NCBI GenBank assembly: GCA_038231135.1
Contig: JBBRLX010000006.1
Coordinates: forward strand, 104,123 to 168,122
Length of the DNA: 64,000 nucleotides
Direction of reading: 5' to 3'
Source of the DNA: Candidatus Eiseniibacteriota bacterium
Lineage (GTDB): Bacteria; Eisenbacteria; RBG-16-71-46
The notes beneath the pieces are model-generated. The model was not told the DNA's origin. It ran no database searches and saw only the letters and a list, made by a program, of their open reading frames with translations. Positions 8,178-16,984 of the stretch are shown piece after piece (the stretch's first letter is position 1; each line of letters starts with the position of its first letter). Both the position numbers and the translations under genes were made by a program.

Positions 8178-9709
8178 GGCGAGCCGCCACCGTCGCGATG
8201 CTGCTGATGCTGGTGGATGGGTGTTCGCATATGGGCCGGCTGCGGTATCAGCCGCAGACGGTATCGCCCACGCTCACGCACAAGGCCGGCGAGGCGCCGC
8301 CGGCGAATCCCGCGGCCATGCAGCTCCAGCCGCTGTTCGGCGACACGCTGATCGGGCTCGTGCCCGGCACGGCGGATTCCTCGCGGCGCTACCTGGGCCG
8401 GCTGCACACCGGATTCACCGCCGACACGCTCAACCTCATGCTGTTCGGAGACAATCGCCCCGGCTGGCGCGCGTCGCGGCTGAGCACCGAATACACCGCG
8501 CTACGGGAGATGTTTTCGCCGAACCTCGCGAAGATTGGCCGCGGGCTCGTGACGATTCCGTGGGCGCTGGTGAAGGGGCTCTATCCGGACCTGGCGCTGA
8601 TCCGCGACATTCCCGACCGCCTTCGCAAGGCTCCGACCGCGGGTCGCGAACGGCAGGTGGTGAGCGCGATGCTGGCCAAGATCGATTCGCTGCAGGCGCA
8701 CGGCCAGTCGGTGGCGGCGGTGCTCAACACCGGCGACCTGGTGTACGACGGCCGTTACCCGTCGACGTGGGAGCGGTTCCTGCGCATTACCCGCCCGCTG
8801 TCGTCGCGGGTGCCCTACTTCCCGGTGGCCGGCAACCACGAGCGTACGGACACCGAGGACGGCCGCGAGAACTGGCGCACCGCGACCGGGCTGCCCGTCG
8901 GCGGCGACCGGCTCTACTACTGCTTCGACACCGCGGACGGCTGGCTGCGCGTCATTGCGCTCGATTCGAATCCGATCGTCGATCCCGGCAACCTCTGGAC
9001 CCGCGAGGTGCAGATCAAGTATTCCGCCGAGGAGTTCGCGTGGCTGACGGAGCGCGTGAAGGAGCATCGTGGCCCGGTGATCGTGTTCATGCACCACCCG
9101 CCATTCTCGGCCGGCTTCCATCGCGTCGAATGGCAGCGCGACTCGGTGCTGTCGAAGCGCCGCGAGACCATGGTGGAGGACCTGCACAAGTCCGGCATCT
9201 CGATCATCGCCGGCGGCCACGAACACGCGTACGAACGCGCCCTGCTGCGGTGGCCGGACGCGGTGCTGATCGCGATCGTCTCCGGGGGCGCCGGCGCCCC
9301 GCTCTACCCGCTGCCGCCACGGGCGGAGGCCGCGCGGGTGATGAGCGAATACCACGTCGCGGGCTCGACGGTGCAGCCGGCAGACGTGTTCACCGCCCAG
9401 GCATTCCACTTCATCCATCTGCGGTTCTGGTTCGGCGGCGGCGAGTTCTACACCTACGCCGTGGATGACAAGGCGAAGGCCACGCTGATCGACAAGGTGC
9501 AGATCGACCTGTCGCGCTACGGCACGCCCAAGATCGACCAGTTCAAAATTCCGATCCCGCCGGCGAAGGGCCAGACGAGCGCGTCCGAGGCCACGGAGGA
9601 GAAGAAGAACCAGACCGTCCACCCGGTGACGAAGGCGGATTCGACCGCGAGCAAGCGTCTGCTGTCGAAACCGGCGCCCGCCAGGAAGACGACCAGGCGC
9701 AAACCCTGA
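8174..9709 (+). CDS. Exported (lipoprotein-like) metallophosphoesterase, purple-acid-phosphatase-like
   Basis: ATGA overlap; MRRAATVAMLLMLVDGC; motifs FGDNR, NTGDLVY, AGNHE, MHHPP, GGHEHAYER, SGGAGAP. Confidence 0.85.
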   Translation: MRRAATVAMLLMLVDGCSHMGRLRYQPQTVSPTLTHKAGEAPPANPAAMQLQPLFGDTLIGLVPGTADSSRRYLGRLHTGFTADTLNLMLFGDNRPGWRASRLSTEYTALREMFSPNLAKIGRGLVTIPWALVKGLYPDLALIRDIPDRLRKAPTAGRERQVVSAMLAKIDSLQAHGQSVAAVLNTGDLVYDGRYPSTWERFLRITRPLSSRVPYFPVAGNHERTDTEDGRENWRTATGLPVGGDRLYYCFDTADGWLRVIALDSNPIVDPGNLWTREVQIKYSAEEFAWLTERVKEHRGPVIVFMHHPPFSAGFHRVEWQRDSVLSKRRETMVEDLHKSGISIIAGGHEHAYERALLRWPDAVLIAIVSGGAGAPLYPLPPRAEAARVMSEYHVAGSTVQPADVFTAQAFHFIHLRFWFGGGEFYTYAVDDKAKATLIDKVQIDLSRYGTPKIDQFKIPIPPAKGQTSASEATEEKKNQTVHPVTKADSTASKRLLSKPAPARKTTRRKP

Positions 9710-9750
9710 GCCCGCACGGCATCGTGTCGTCCGGCCGCGGAGGAACGGTC

Positions 9751-11151
9751 ATGAACTCGACAGTGACGGAAGCCACGCCGGACCCGGTCGCCAGGCGCCC
9801 GCTCGACCGGTTCCTCGGCATCTTCGCCGACGTTCGTGGCGGGGAGGCCGGCACCGCGCTGTTGCTGATGCTCAACATCTTCCTGCTGCTCGCGGCTTAC
9901 TACCTGCTCAAGACGATCCGCGAGCCGCTGATCCTCACCGTCGCCGGCGGCGCCGAGGTCAAGAGCTACGCCGCGGCGGCGATGGCGGCGTTGCTGATCG
10001 TGGTCGTGCCGATCTACAGCGCGGTGGCGTCGCGGGTGTCGCGCGTGAAGCTCATCAACGGCGTGACGCTGTTCTTTATCGCCTGCCTGATCGCGTTCTT
10101 CGCCCTCAGCCGTGCCGGCATCGAGATCGGCATCCCGTTCTTCATCTGGGTGGGCATCTTCAACCTGATGGTGATCGCCCAGATGTGGGCGTATGCGAAC
10201 GACGTCTACACCGTCGACCAGGGCAAACGGCTGTTCGCGATCGTCGGATTCGGCGCGTCGCTGGGTGCGATCGCGGGGTCGTTCGTCACCGGGCAACTGG
10301 TGAAGCAGTACGGTCCGTACCCGTTCATGCTCGGCGCCGCCGCGCTGCTCGGCGTGTGCATGCTGCTCACGAACTGGGTGAACATGCGCGAGCGTCGCGC
10401 CCGCGGCGGCGCCCCGACTACCGCGGGTGACCGAGGCGCGACGGAGAACGCCGCGACGGAGAACGCCCCGGCGGCCGGTGCGGACGGCGCCGTGAAGGGC
10501 CGCAGCGGCTTCGCGCTGGTGTTCTCCGACCGTTACCTGCTGCTCATCGCGGTGCTCATGACGGTGTACAACCTCGTGAACACGAACGGCGAGTACATCC
10601 TCGGCAAGACCGTGGTGAACCTGTACACCGCGGCCCACGGCGCCGCGGCTGCGGGGGGCCTCAACGAGAAGAAGGTGATCGGCGAGTTCTACGGCAACTT
10701 CTTCACGCTCGTGAACATCCTCTCCGCGCTGGTGCAGGCGTTCGTCGTGTCGCGGGTGCTCAAGAAGTTCGGCGTGCGCGTCGCGCTGCTGGTGCTGCCG
10801 ATCGTGGCACTGGGCGGCTACGCCACGATGGCATTCATTCCGGTGCTGTGGCTGATCCGCTCCGTCAAGCTGGCGGAGAACTCGATCGACTATTCGTTGC
10901 AGAGCACGACGCGCAACGCCCTCTATCTCCCCACGAGCCGCGAGGCCAAGTACAAGGCGAAGCAGGCCAACGACACGTTCTTCGTGCGGCTCGGCGACGT
11001 CATCTCCGCCGGAGTGGTGTTCGCCGGCACGACCTGGCTGGGATTCGCGCCGCCGCAGTTCGCGCTGGTGAACGTCGGGCTGATCGTCGTGTGGCTGGTG
11101 CTGGCGGTCGCGATCGGCAGGCGGTTCCGCAGCATGGCCGGCACGGCCTGA
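9751..11151 (+). CDS. NTT/TLC family nucleotide (ATP/ADP) transporter
   Basis: GGAGG RBS; about 12 TM; DVRGGE, YYLLKTIREPL, QMWAYANDVYTVDQGKRLF, K..ENSIDYSL...LYLP..EAKYKAK..DTFFVRLGD. Confidence 0.85.
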   Translation: MNSTVTEATPDPVARRPLDRFLGIFADVRGGEAGTALLLMLNIFLLLAAYYLLKTIREPLILTVAGGAEVKSYAAAAMAALLIVVVPIYSAVASRVSRVKLINGVTLFFIACLIAFFALSRAGIEIGIPFFIWVGIFNLMVIAQMWAYANDVYTVDQGKRLFAIVGFGASLGAIAGSFVTGQLVKQYGPYPFMLGAAALLGVCMLLTNWVNMRERRARGGAPTTAGDRGATENAATENAPAAGADGAVKGRSGFALVFSDRYLLLIAVLMTVYNLVNTNGEYILGKTVVNLYTAAHGAAAAGGLNEKKVIGEFYGNFFTLVNILSALVQAFVVSRVLKKFGVRVALLVLPIVALGGYATMAFIPVLWLIRSVKLAENSIDYSLQSTTRNALYLPTSREAKYKAKQANDTFFVRLGDVISAGVVFAGTTWLGFAPPQFALVNVGLIVVWLVLAVAIGRRFRSMAGTA

Positions 11152-11215
11152 CGACATCGGTGGCCCGGTCCGGCGTGATGCATCCCGCGCCGGCGCCTGG
11201 GGCGAGGGAGGCACG

Positions 11216-13933
11216 CTGAAGTTCCTGAACAAGTTCATCCGCCGCCTCGGCCTCGAGCGCGGCGAGGCCACGACGCTCGGCTTGATGGGCGTGCTCGTGG
11301 CCACGCTGATGTGCGCCTACACCATCGCCAAGGTCGTGCGCGACGCGCTGTTCATCACCGAATTCGGCGCGCTCAAGCTGCCGTATGGCTACATCGGCGT
11401 GGCGCTCGCCTCGGCCGGCTTCGTGTGGCTCGAGGGTCAGGTGGCCAGCCGGTTCACGCGCGTCGGCGCCTCGCGCTTCAACCAGTACGCGGCGATCGCG
11501 GTCAGCGCCGCGGCCGCGGCGGCGTTCCCACACGCGCCGCATCGCATCACCGGCGTGTTCTACGTGTGGACCGGCAGCCAGGCGATGATGCTGCTGCCGC
11601 ACTTCTGGGTGCTCGCGCTCGACGTGTGGGACTCACGGCGGGCACGGCGGGTGTTCCCGATTCTCGGCGGCTTCGGGCTGCTCGGCGGCCTGGCCGGCGG
11701 CGCGTTCGCGGGCTGGGCGCAGCCGTTCGTGCACCGCATGGGCCTGCTGTGGGTGCTGTTCGGCCTGCTCGTGATCGCGCACGTGCTCACGCGGTTCGTC
11801 GAGGTCCATCGTGCCCACATGCCGGGGCCGGCGGATGCGGTGTCGGCGCTGTCGAGATGGGAGATCATCCGGCGGTCCAAGTACATCCGGATCTTCGCCG
11901 TCGGTCTCGCGCTGTCGGTGATCGTGTCCACGCTGGTCGATTTCCAGTTCAAGCTCTACCTGCAGCACGCCTATCCCGATTCGCGCTCGCTCACCCAGTT
12001 CCTCGGCCGGTTCTACGTGGGATTGAACGCCGCCGCATTGCTGTTCCAGTTCGGCGTGGCGGGGTGGCTGATGCAACGGTTCGGACTCGCGGCGTCGACG
12101 GGTCTCCAGCCCACCGCGGTCATGGTGTTCGCCACCTGGGCCGCGATCAGCAGCGGCTGGTGGATCGTGATCGCGATGCGGTGGGTGCAGGGGGTGGTGT
12201 TCCAGACCCTCGGCAAGCCCGCGGCGGAGATCTACTACGCGGCCATCCGGCCGATCGAGCGGCGCTCCATCAAGCCCGCGATCGACACGCTGGTGGAGCG
12301 CTGGTCCGATGCCCTGGTGGGCGTGGTACTGGTGGTGGTGCTGCACGCGCTCAAGGCCCCGATGCCGGTGATCGCGATCGGCACCGTGGCGCTGTGTGCG
12401 ATCTGGCTGCTCGTGCTGCTGCGGTTGAACCGGTACTACGGCAAGGCGTTCCAGAACATCCTCAGCGCGCGCTGGATCGAGCCCGAAGCTTCTCCGGAAT
12501 CGTTCAAGATTCCATCCGCGCGGCGGGCGCTCCGCGCGGCTCTGCAGTCGCCCGACGAGGCCCAGGTGGTGCTGGCGCTCAAGCTCAGCCGCAACGCGCG
12601 GGATGCCGGCACCGCCGCCGCCGTGCGCGCGTGCCTGGGGCATGCCTCGCCGGGCGTGCAACTGGCCGCCGTCGAGGCGATGGAGGCGCTGCGACTACGC
12701 GATGCCGATGGCGTGATCGAAGGGTTCCTGGGCGCCCGCTACGATCGTCTGCGCCGCGCGGCCGTCAGCTACCTGCTGTCGCGCAGCAGTCAGCCGGCGG
12801 AGCTCGCCGGCCGCCTGCTCGAAGGCGACGACGCGGCGCTGCGCCAGCACGTGCTGGATGTCATGAGCGAGCGCCCGCAGGAAGCCGAAGGCTGGGTGGC
12901 GCCGCAATGGATCGATGCGCGGATCGCCGCCGGCACGCCCGAGGATCTACTGCTGGCGGCGCGGGCGCTCGGCACGACCGCCGCGGCCGGGGCGGTGCCC
13001 AAGCTGCGCCTGCTGCTGGCGCACGACGACCTCGAGGTCCGGCGCGCGACGTTGCAGGCCGCGGCCCGGCGGCCGCGGCCCCAGCTGCTCGAGATGCTGC
13101 TGCCCCTGCTGCTCGTGCCCGAGCTGAACTACGAGGCGCTCGATGCCGTGGCCGCGATCGGCGACCCCGCGGTGCCCGCGCTGCAGAAGATGCTCGAGGC
13201 CGCTCCGGACTCGCCGTGGCAGCCGATCGCGGCGCGCACGCTGGCGCGCATCGCCACATCCCGCGCCGCGGGCGTGCTGCAGAAGCTCGCGCGCAGCGGC
13301 GATCCGGGCATGCGCCAGGTCGGGTTGGAGTCGCTGGCCCGCATCCGCCTGCGCTCGGGCCAGCCGATGATCCCCCGCGGCCTCGCGCACCGGTTGTTTC
13401 TACGCGAGCTGGGTGACTATCGCGCCTGCCTCGAGCCCACGATCACGCTCGATGCCGTGCCCGCGGCGGAAGTCCGGCTGCTGTCCGAGAGCTACTGGGA
13501 GTCGTCGGAGCTGGCGCTCACGCGTGCGATCGACGCGCTCGCCTGCTGGTACGATCCACGCCCGCTGTTCGGCGTGATCGGGCGGCTGACGTCGAAGGAC
13601 GCCCGGCAGGCGGCGCCCGCGCTCGAATACCTGGGGCACGTGCTGCCGAGAAGCGTGTTCCGATCGGTGAGCCGGATCTTCGAGACTCAGGCGAGGGAGG
13701 ACCCCGCCGGTCCGCCCGACGACGCGGCTGTCGCGGCCTGCATCCGGTCGGCGTGGGGCAGCGCCGATGCCTGGTTGCGCGCCTGCGCCGTGCGCGCGTC
13801 CCGCGCGATCCCGGGATTCGACACCGGGCTGTTCGCGGGCGGCGACGAGCATCCCGTGGTGCGTGCGGAGCTCGAGGCGCTCGCGCACGGCGGTCGCCGT
13901 GGAACGGCGCTGCCGGCCGGGGCGGCCGCATGA
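11216..13933 (+). CDS. NTT-family transporter fused to HEAT repeats (probable CTG start at 11216; first canonical start is 11282)
   Basis: LERGE, KVVRDALF, FW.LA.DVWDSRRARRVFP, TLVDFQFK, KPAIDTLVERWSD, followed by HEAT-like helices (SPGVQLAAVEAM, DLEVRRATLQA). Confidence 0.85.
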   Translation: MKFLNKFIRRLGLERGEATTLGLMGVLVATLMCAYTIAKVVRDALFITEFGALKLPYGYIGVALASAGFVWLEGQVASRFTRVGASRFNQYAAIAVSAAAAAAFPHAPHRITGVFYVWTGSQAMMLLPHFWVLALDVWDSRRARRVFPILGGFGLLGGLAGGAFAGWAQPFVHRMGLLWVLFGLLVIAHVLTRFVEVHRAHMPGPADAVSALSRWEIIRRSKYIRIFAVGLALSVIVSTLVDFQFKLYLQHAYPDSRSLTQFLGRFYVGLNAAALLFQFGVAGWLMQRFGLAASTGLQPTAVMVFATWAAISSGWWIVIAMRWVQGVVFQTLGKPAAEIYYAAIRPIERRSIKPAIDTLVERWSDALVGVVLVVVLHALKAPMPVIAIGTVALCAIWLLVLLRLNRYYGKAFQNILSARWIEPEASPESFKIPSARRALRAALQSPDEAQVVLALKLSRNARDAGTAAAVRACLGHASPGVQLAAVEAMEALRLRDADGVIEGFLGARYDRLRRAAVSYLLSRSSQPAELAGRLLEGDDAALRQHVLDVMSERPQEAEGWVAPQWIDARIAAGTPEDLLLAARALGTTAAAGAVPKLRLLLAHDDLEVRRATLQAAARRPRPQLLEMLLPLLLVPELNYEALDAVAAIGDPAVPALQKMLEAAPDSPWQPIAARTLARIATSRAAGVLQKLARSGDPGMRQVGLESLARIRLRSGQPMIPRGLAHRLFLRELGDYRACLEPTITLDAVPAAEVRLLSESYWESSELALTRAIDALACWYDPRPLFGVIGRLTSKDARQAAPALEYLGHVLPRSVFRSVSRIFETQAREDPAGPPDDAAVAACIRSAWGSADAWLRACAVRASRAIPGFDTGLFAGGDEHPVVRAELEALAHGGRRGTALPAGAAA

Positions 13934-14625
13934 TCACTCCCGTCGAGCGCGTGCTGATCCTGAAGGGCGCCGATCTGCTCAAGGACGTCGGTCCGCGCCA
14001 CCTGCTGCGGCTCGCCGACGTCGCGCGCGAGATCCCGCTGACCAAGGGGGACACGATCTATCGCGAGGACGACCCCGCCGACGCGCTCTATCTCGTGGTC
14101 GAGGGCCGGGTGCGCATCACCGCCGGCGACCGCACGACGTCGGAGGTCGGTCCCGGCGAGGCGTTCGGCACCTGGGCGCTGGTCGACGATTCGAGCCGCG
14201 GGCAGCAGGCGGAGTGCCTCGAGGACGGCATCGCGCTCGCGCTCGGCCGGGACGAGTTCTACGAAGTGGCGGCGGGCGATCTGACACTGCTCCAGCAGGT
14301 CGTGCGCGTGCTCGCCAAGCGATTGCGCGCGATGGTCTCGGACCGGCCTGGTGAGGCGCGGGTCGAGGGCGAAGGCATCGAAAAGCCCGAGGCGAAGGTC
14401 GAGGCGGAGCAGGCAGCGGCCGGTGCAGCACCCGCGCCGCAGGGAACGGCCGCTGCGGGTGCGGCGCCCGGGCCCGCGGTGCCCGTGACGCCGGGTGCCG
14501 CGCTGGCGGCGGCGGCGCTCGGCCAGACGGTTCCCGAGGGCGCGTCTCCGGTCGCGGCGGCGCCCGCCGGCTCGAAGGATGCGATCGATGAAGCCTACGA
14601 CCGTCCGAACCCGGACCCGCTGTAG
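13930..14625 (+). CDS. Cyclic-nucleotide-binding domain protein with Ala/Pro-rich tail
   Basis: ATGA overlap; VERVLILKGADLL, IYREDDPADALYLVVEGRV, GPGEAFG; no HTH. Confidence 0.85.
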   Translation: MITPVERVLILKGADLLKDVGPRHLLRLADVAREIPLTKGDTIYREDDPADALYLVVEGRVRITAGDRTTSEVGPGEAFGTWALVDDSSRGQQAECLEDGIALALGRDEFYEVAAGDLTLLQQVVRVLAKRLRAMVSDRPGEARVEGEGIEKPEAKVEAEQAAAGAAPAPQGTAAAGAAPGPAVPVTPGAALAAAALGQTVPEGASPVAAAPAGSKDAIDEAYDRPNPDPL

Positions 14626-14793
14626 ATGCCACGTGCCTGCGATTCGCATCGGAGCCATGACGTGGTATCGCGGCGGCCCCGCGGCACTTGATTCCGCGGC
14701 CGGTCCGGGTCCACCCTTGGTGGGCTGCCGTGCGCTGCCGATGGAATGATCGAACGCCGTGAACCCCCACCCTAAGCTGGAGTCCCCCACGTC

Positions 14794-16695
14794 GTGAAGA
14801 CCGGTTCGCAGGATCCGAACGAACTCTTCCGCGCCCTCGTCGACGGGGTGCGGGACTACGCGATCTTCATTCTGGATCCCGCGGGCAACATCGTCACCTG
14901 GAACACCGGCGCGGAACGCATCAAGGGCTACCTCGCCCACGAGATCATCGGCAAGCACTTTTCGGTGTTCTACCCGCCCGATGCGCTGGCGGCCGACTGG
15001 CCGGCGACCGAACTGCGCGCCGCCACCAGCGAGGGCCGGTTCGAGGACGAGAACTGGCGCATTCGAAAGGACGGGACGCGGTTCTGGGCGAACGTCATCA
15101 TCACCGCGATCCGCAATCCGGCGGGCGAGCTCATTGGGTTTTCCAAGATCACGCGCGACCTGACCGAGCGGATGGAGTCCGTCGCGGCGCTGCGCGACAC
15201 GGAGTCGCGGTATCGTGGAATGTTCGAGGGCTCGCGGGACGGGGTGCTGATCGTGAACGCCGTCACGCACCAGATCATCGACGCCAATCCGGCAATCGCC
15301 GTGCTGCTCGGCCGGTCGCGCGAGGAACTGCTCGGCAAGCTGCCGTGGGAGATCGGCCTGTTCCGTGACGAGGACGCGAACCGGACGGCTCAGCGCATGA
15401 TGCTCGAGCAGGGCTATGTCCGGCACGACGACGTGGTCCTGTCGCGCGGCGATTCCGATCTCGAAGTCGAGCTGCAGGGCAACCGCTACGAAGTGGCGGG
15501 GCAGCCGGCGATCCAGTACAACGTGCGCGACATCCGCGAGCGCCGCCAGCTGGAGCGCGCCCTGCGGCAGACCGAGTCAATGGCCGAGGTCAATCGCCGC
15601 AAGGACGAGTTCCTCGCGCTGCTGTCGCACGAGCTGCGCAATCCGCTGTCGGCGATCACGAATGCGGTCGAGCTCCAGCGTATGCAGCCGGAAGCGGGCG
15701 GCGTGCCGGGGCAGATCCGCGCGATCATCGAGCGCCAGGTGGGCCGGCTGACGAGCATGGTCGAGGATCTGCTCGAGGTGTCGCGCATCGCGACGGGACG
15801 CCATCGGCTCAATCTCGAGTCCGTGGAGGGACGCGAGCTCGTGGAGCACGCCGTCGAGACCGTGCGCCCCCTGCGGGAGCAGAAGAATCACACACTGGCG
15901 CTGAAGTTGTCCGACGCTCCGATATGGCTCGACGCGGATCCGGTCCGGGTGGAACAGGTCGCGGTGAATCTGCTGACGAACGCCGTCAAGTACACCCCGA
16001 CCGGCGGCCACATCGAGGTGTGCTTCGAGATCGAGGACGGCAAAGCGGTGCTGCGGGTGAAGGACAACGGCGTCGGGATCACCGCCGATCTGCTGCCGCA
16101 CATCTTCGAATTGTTCACCCAGGCCGATCGCACCCTGCACCGCTCCGAAGGCGGACTCGGCGTGGGGCTCACCGTCGTGCAGCGCGTGGTACAGCTCCAC
16201 GGGGGAACGGTCGAGGCGAACAGCGCCGGCCTGAATCAGGGGGCGGAATTCATCGTGCGCCTGCCGGTCTCGAGCCCGCAGCACGGCGAGAGGCCGGAGG
16301 CCGATCGCGCGTCCGCCACCGGCAGGCGGCGCCTGCGCGTGGTGGTTGTGGACGACAACCGCGATTCCGCGGATACCATCGCGATGCTGCTGGAGGGCTC
16401 GGGACGCGACGTCCGGGTCGAGTACACGGGGCCGGACGGGCTCGAGACCGTGCGGTCGTTCCGGCCCGATGCCGTGCTGCTCGACATCGGATTGCCCGGC
16501 CTCGACGGCTACGAGGTGGCGCGCGCGATCCGGCGGGACCCGGAGCTGAGCGGGGTCAAGCTCATCGCCGTGAGCGGCTACGGTCAGGAATCCGATCGCC
16601 GGCGGTCGAAGGACGCCGGGTTCGACGTGCACATGGTGAAGCCCGTCGAACCGCAGACGATCGAAGATGCGCTGAACGCGGTGACCGGGACCTAG
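14794..16695 (+). CDS. Cytoplasmic hybrid sensor histidine kinase (PAS-PAS-HisKA-HATPase-REC)
   Basis: DYAIFILDPAG..WNTGAERIKGY; LSHELRNPL; NLLTNAVKYT; DNGVG; GGLGVGL; VVDDN..LLDIGLPGLDG. Confidence 0.95.
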   Translation: MKTGSQDPNELFRALVDGVRDYAIFILDPAGNIVTWNTGAERIKGYLAHEIIGKHFSVFYPPDALAADWPATELRAATSEGRFEDENWRIRKDGTRFWANVIITAIRNPAGELIGFSKITRDLTERMESVAALRDTESRYRGMFEGSRDGVLIVNAVTHQIIDANPAIAVLLGRSREELLGKLPWEIGLFRDEDANRTAQRMMLEQGYVRHDDVVLSRGDSDLEVELQGNRYEVAGQPAIQYNVRDIRERRQLERALRQTESMAEVNRRKDEFLALLSHELRNPLSAITNAVELQRMQPEAGGVPGQIRAIIERQVGRLTSMVEDLLEVSRIATGRHRLNLESVEGRELVEHAVETVRPLREQKNHTLALKLSDAPIWLDADPVRVEQVAVNLLTNAVKYTPTGGHIEVCFEIEDGKAVLRVKDNGVGITADLLPHIFELFTQADRTLHRSEGGLGVGLTVVQRVVQLHGGTVEANSAGLNQGAEFIVRLPVSSPQHGERPEADRASATGRRRLRVVVVDDNRDSADTIAMLLEGSGRDVRVEYTGPDGLETVRSFRPDAVLLDIGLPGLDGYEVARAIRRDPELSGVKLIAVSGYGQESDRRRSKDAGFDVHMVKPVEPQTIEDALNAVTGT

Positions 16696-16984
16696 AACCT
16701 GACGTCCGGCGCAGCGTCCGGAGCGCGATCGCGAACGAACCCGGTACCCGGCGCGACTTTCGTCCCCCGGTTCCCCGCGCCCATGCCCCCGCGTCGCCGC
16801 ACTCGGCCCAGTTATTCCCGGCATGACATCCCCGTGAGACGTGGATGGTGCCATGCGACCTCGCCGCGCAGCATGCTGGAACCGCGACGCCACCGGTCGC
16901 CGCACGATGGAGCCGAATTTCATGACCTCTCGATTCGTTCCGGTTCGCACCCGACTGCTGACGAGCTCCGCCGCTCCGCCGCTC

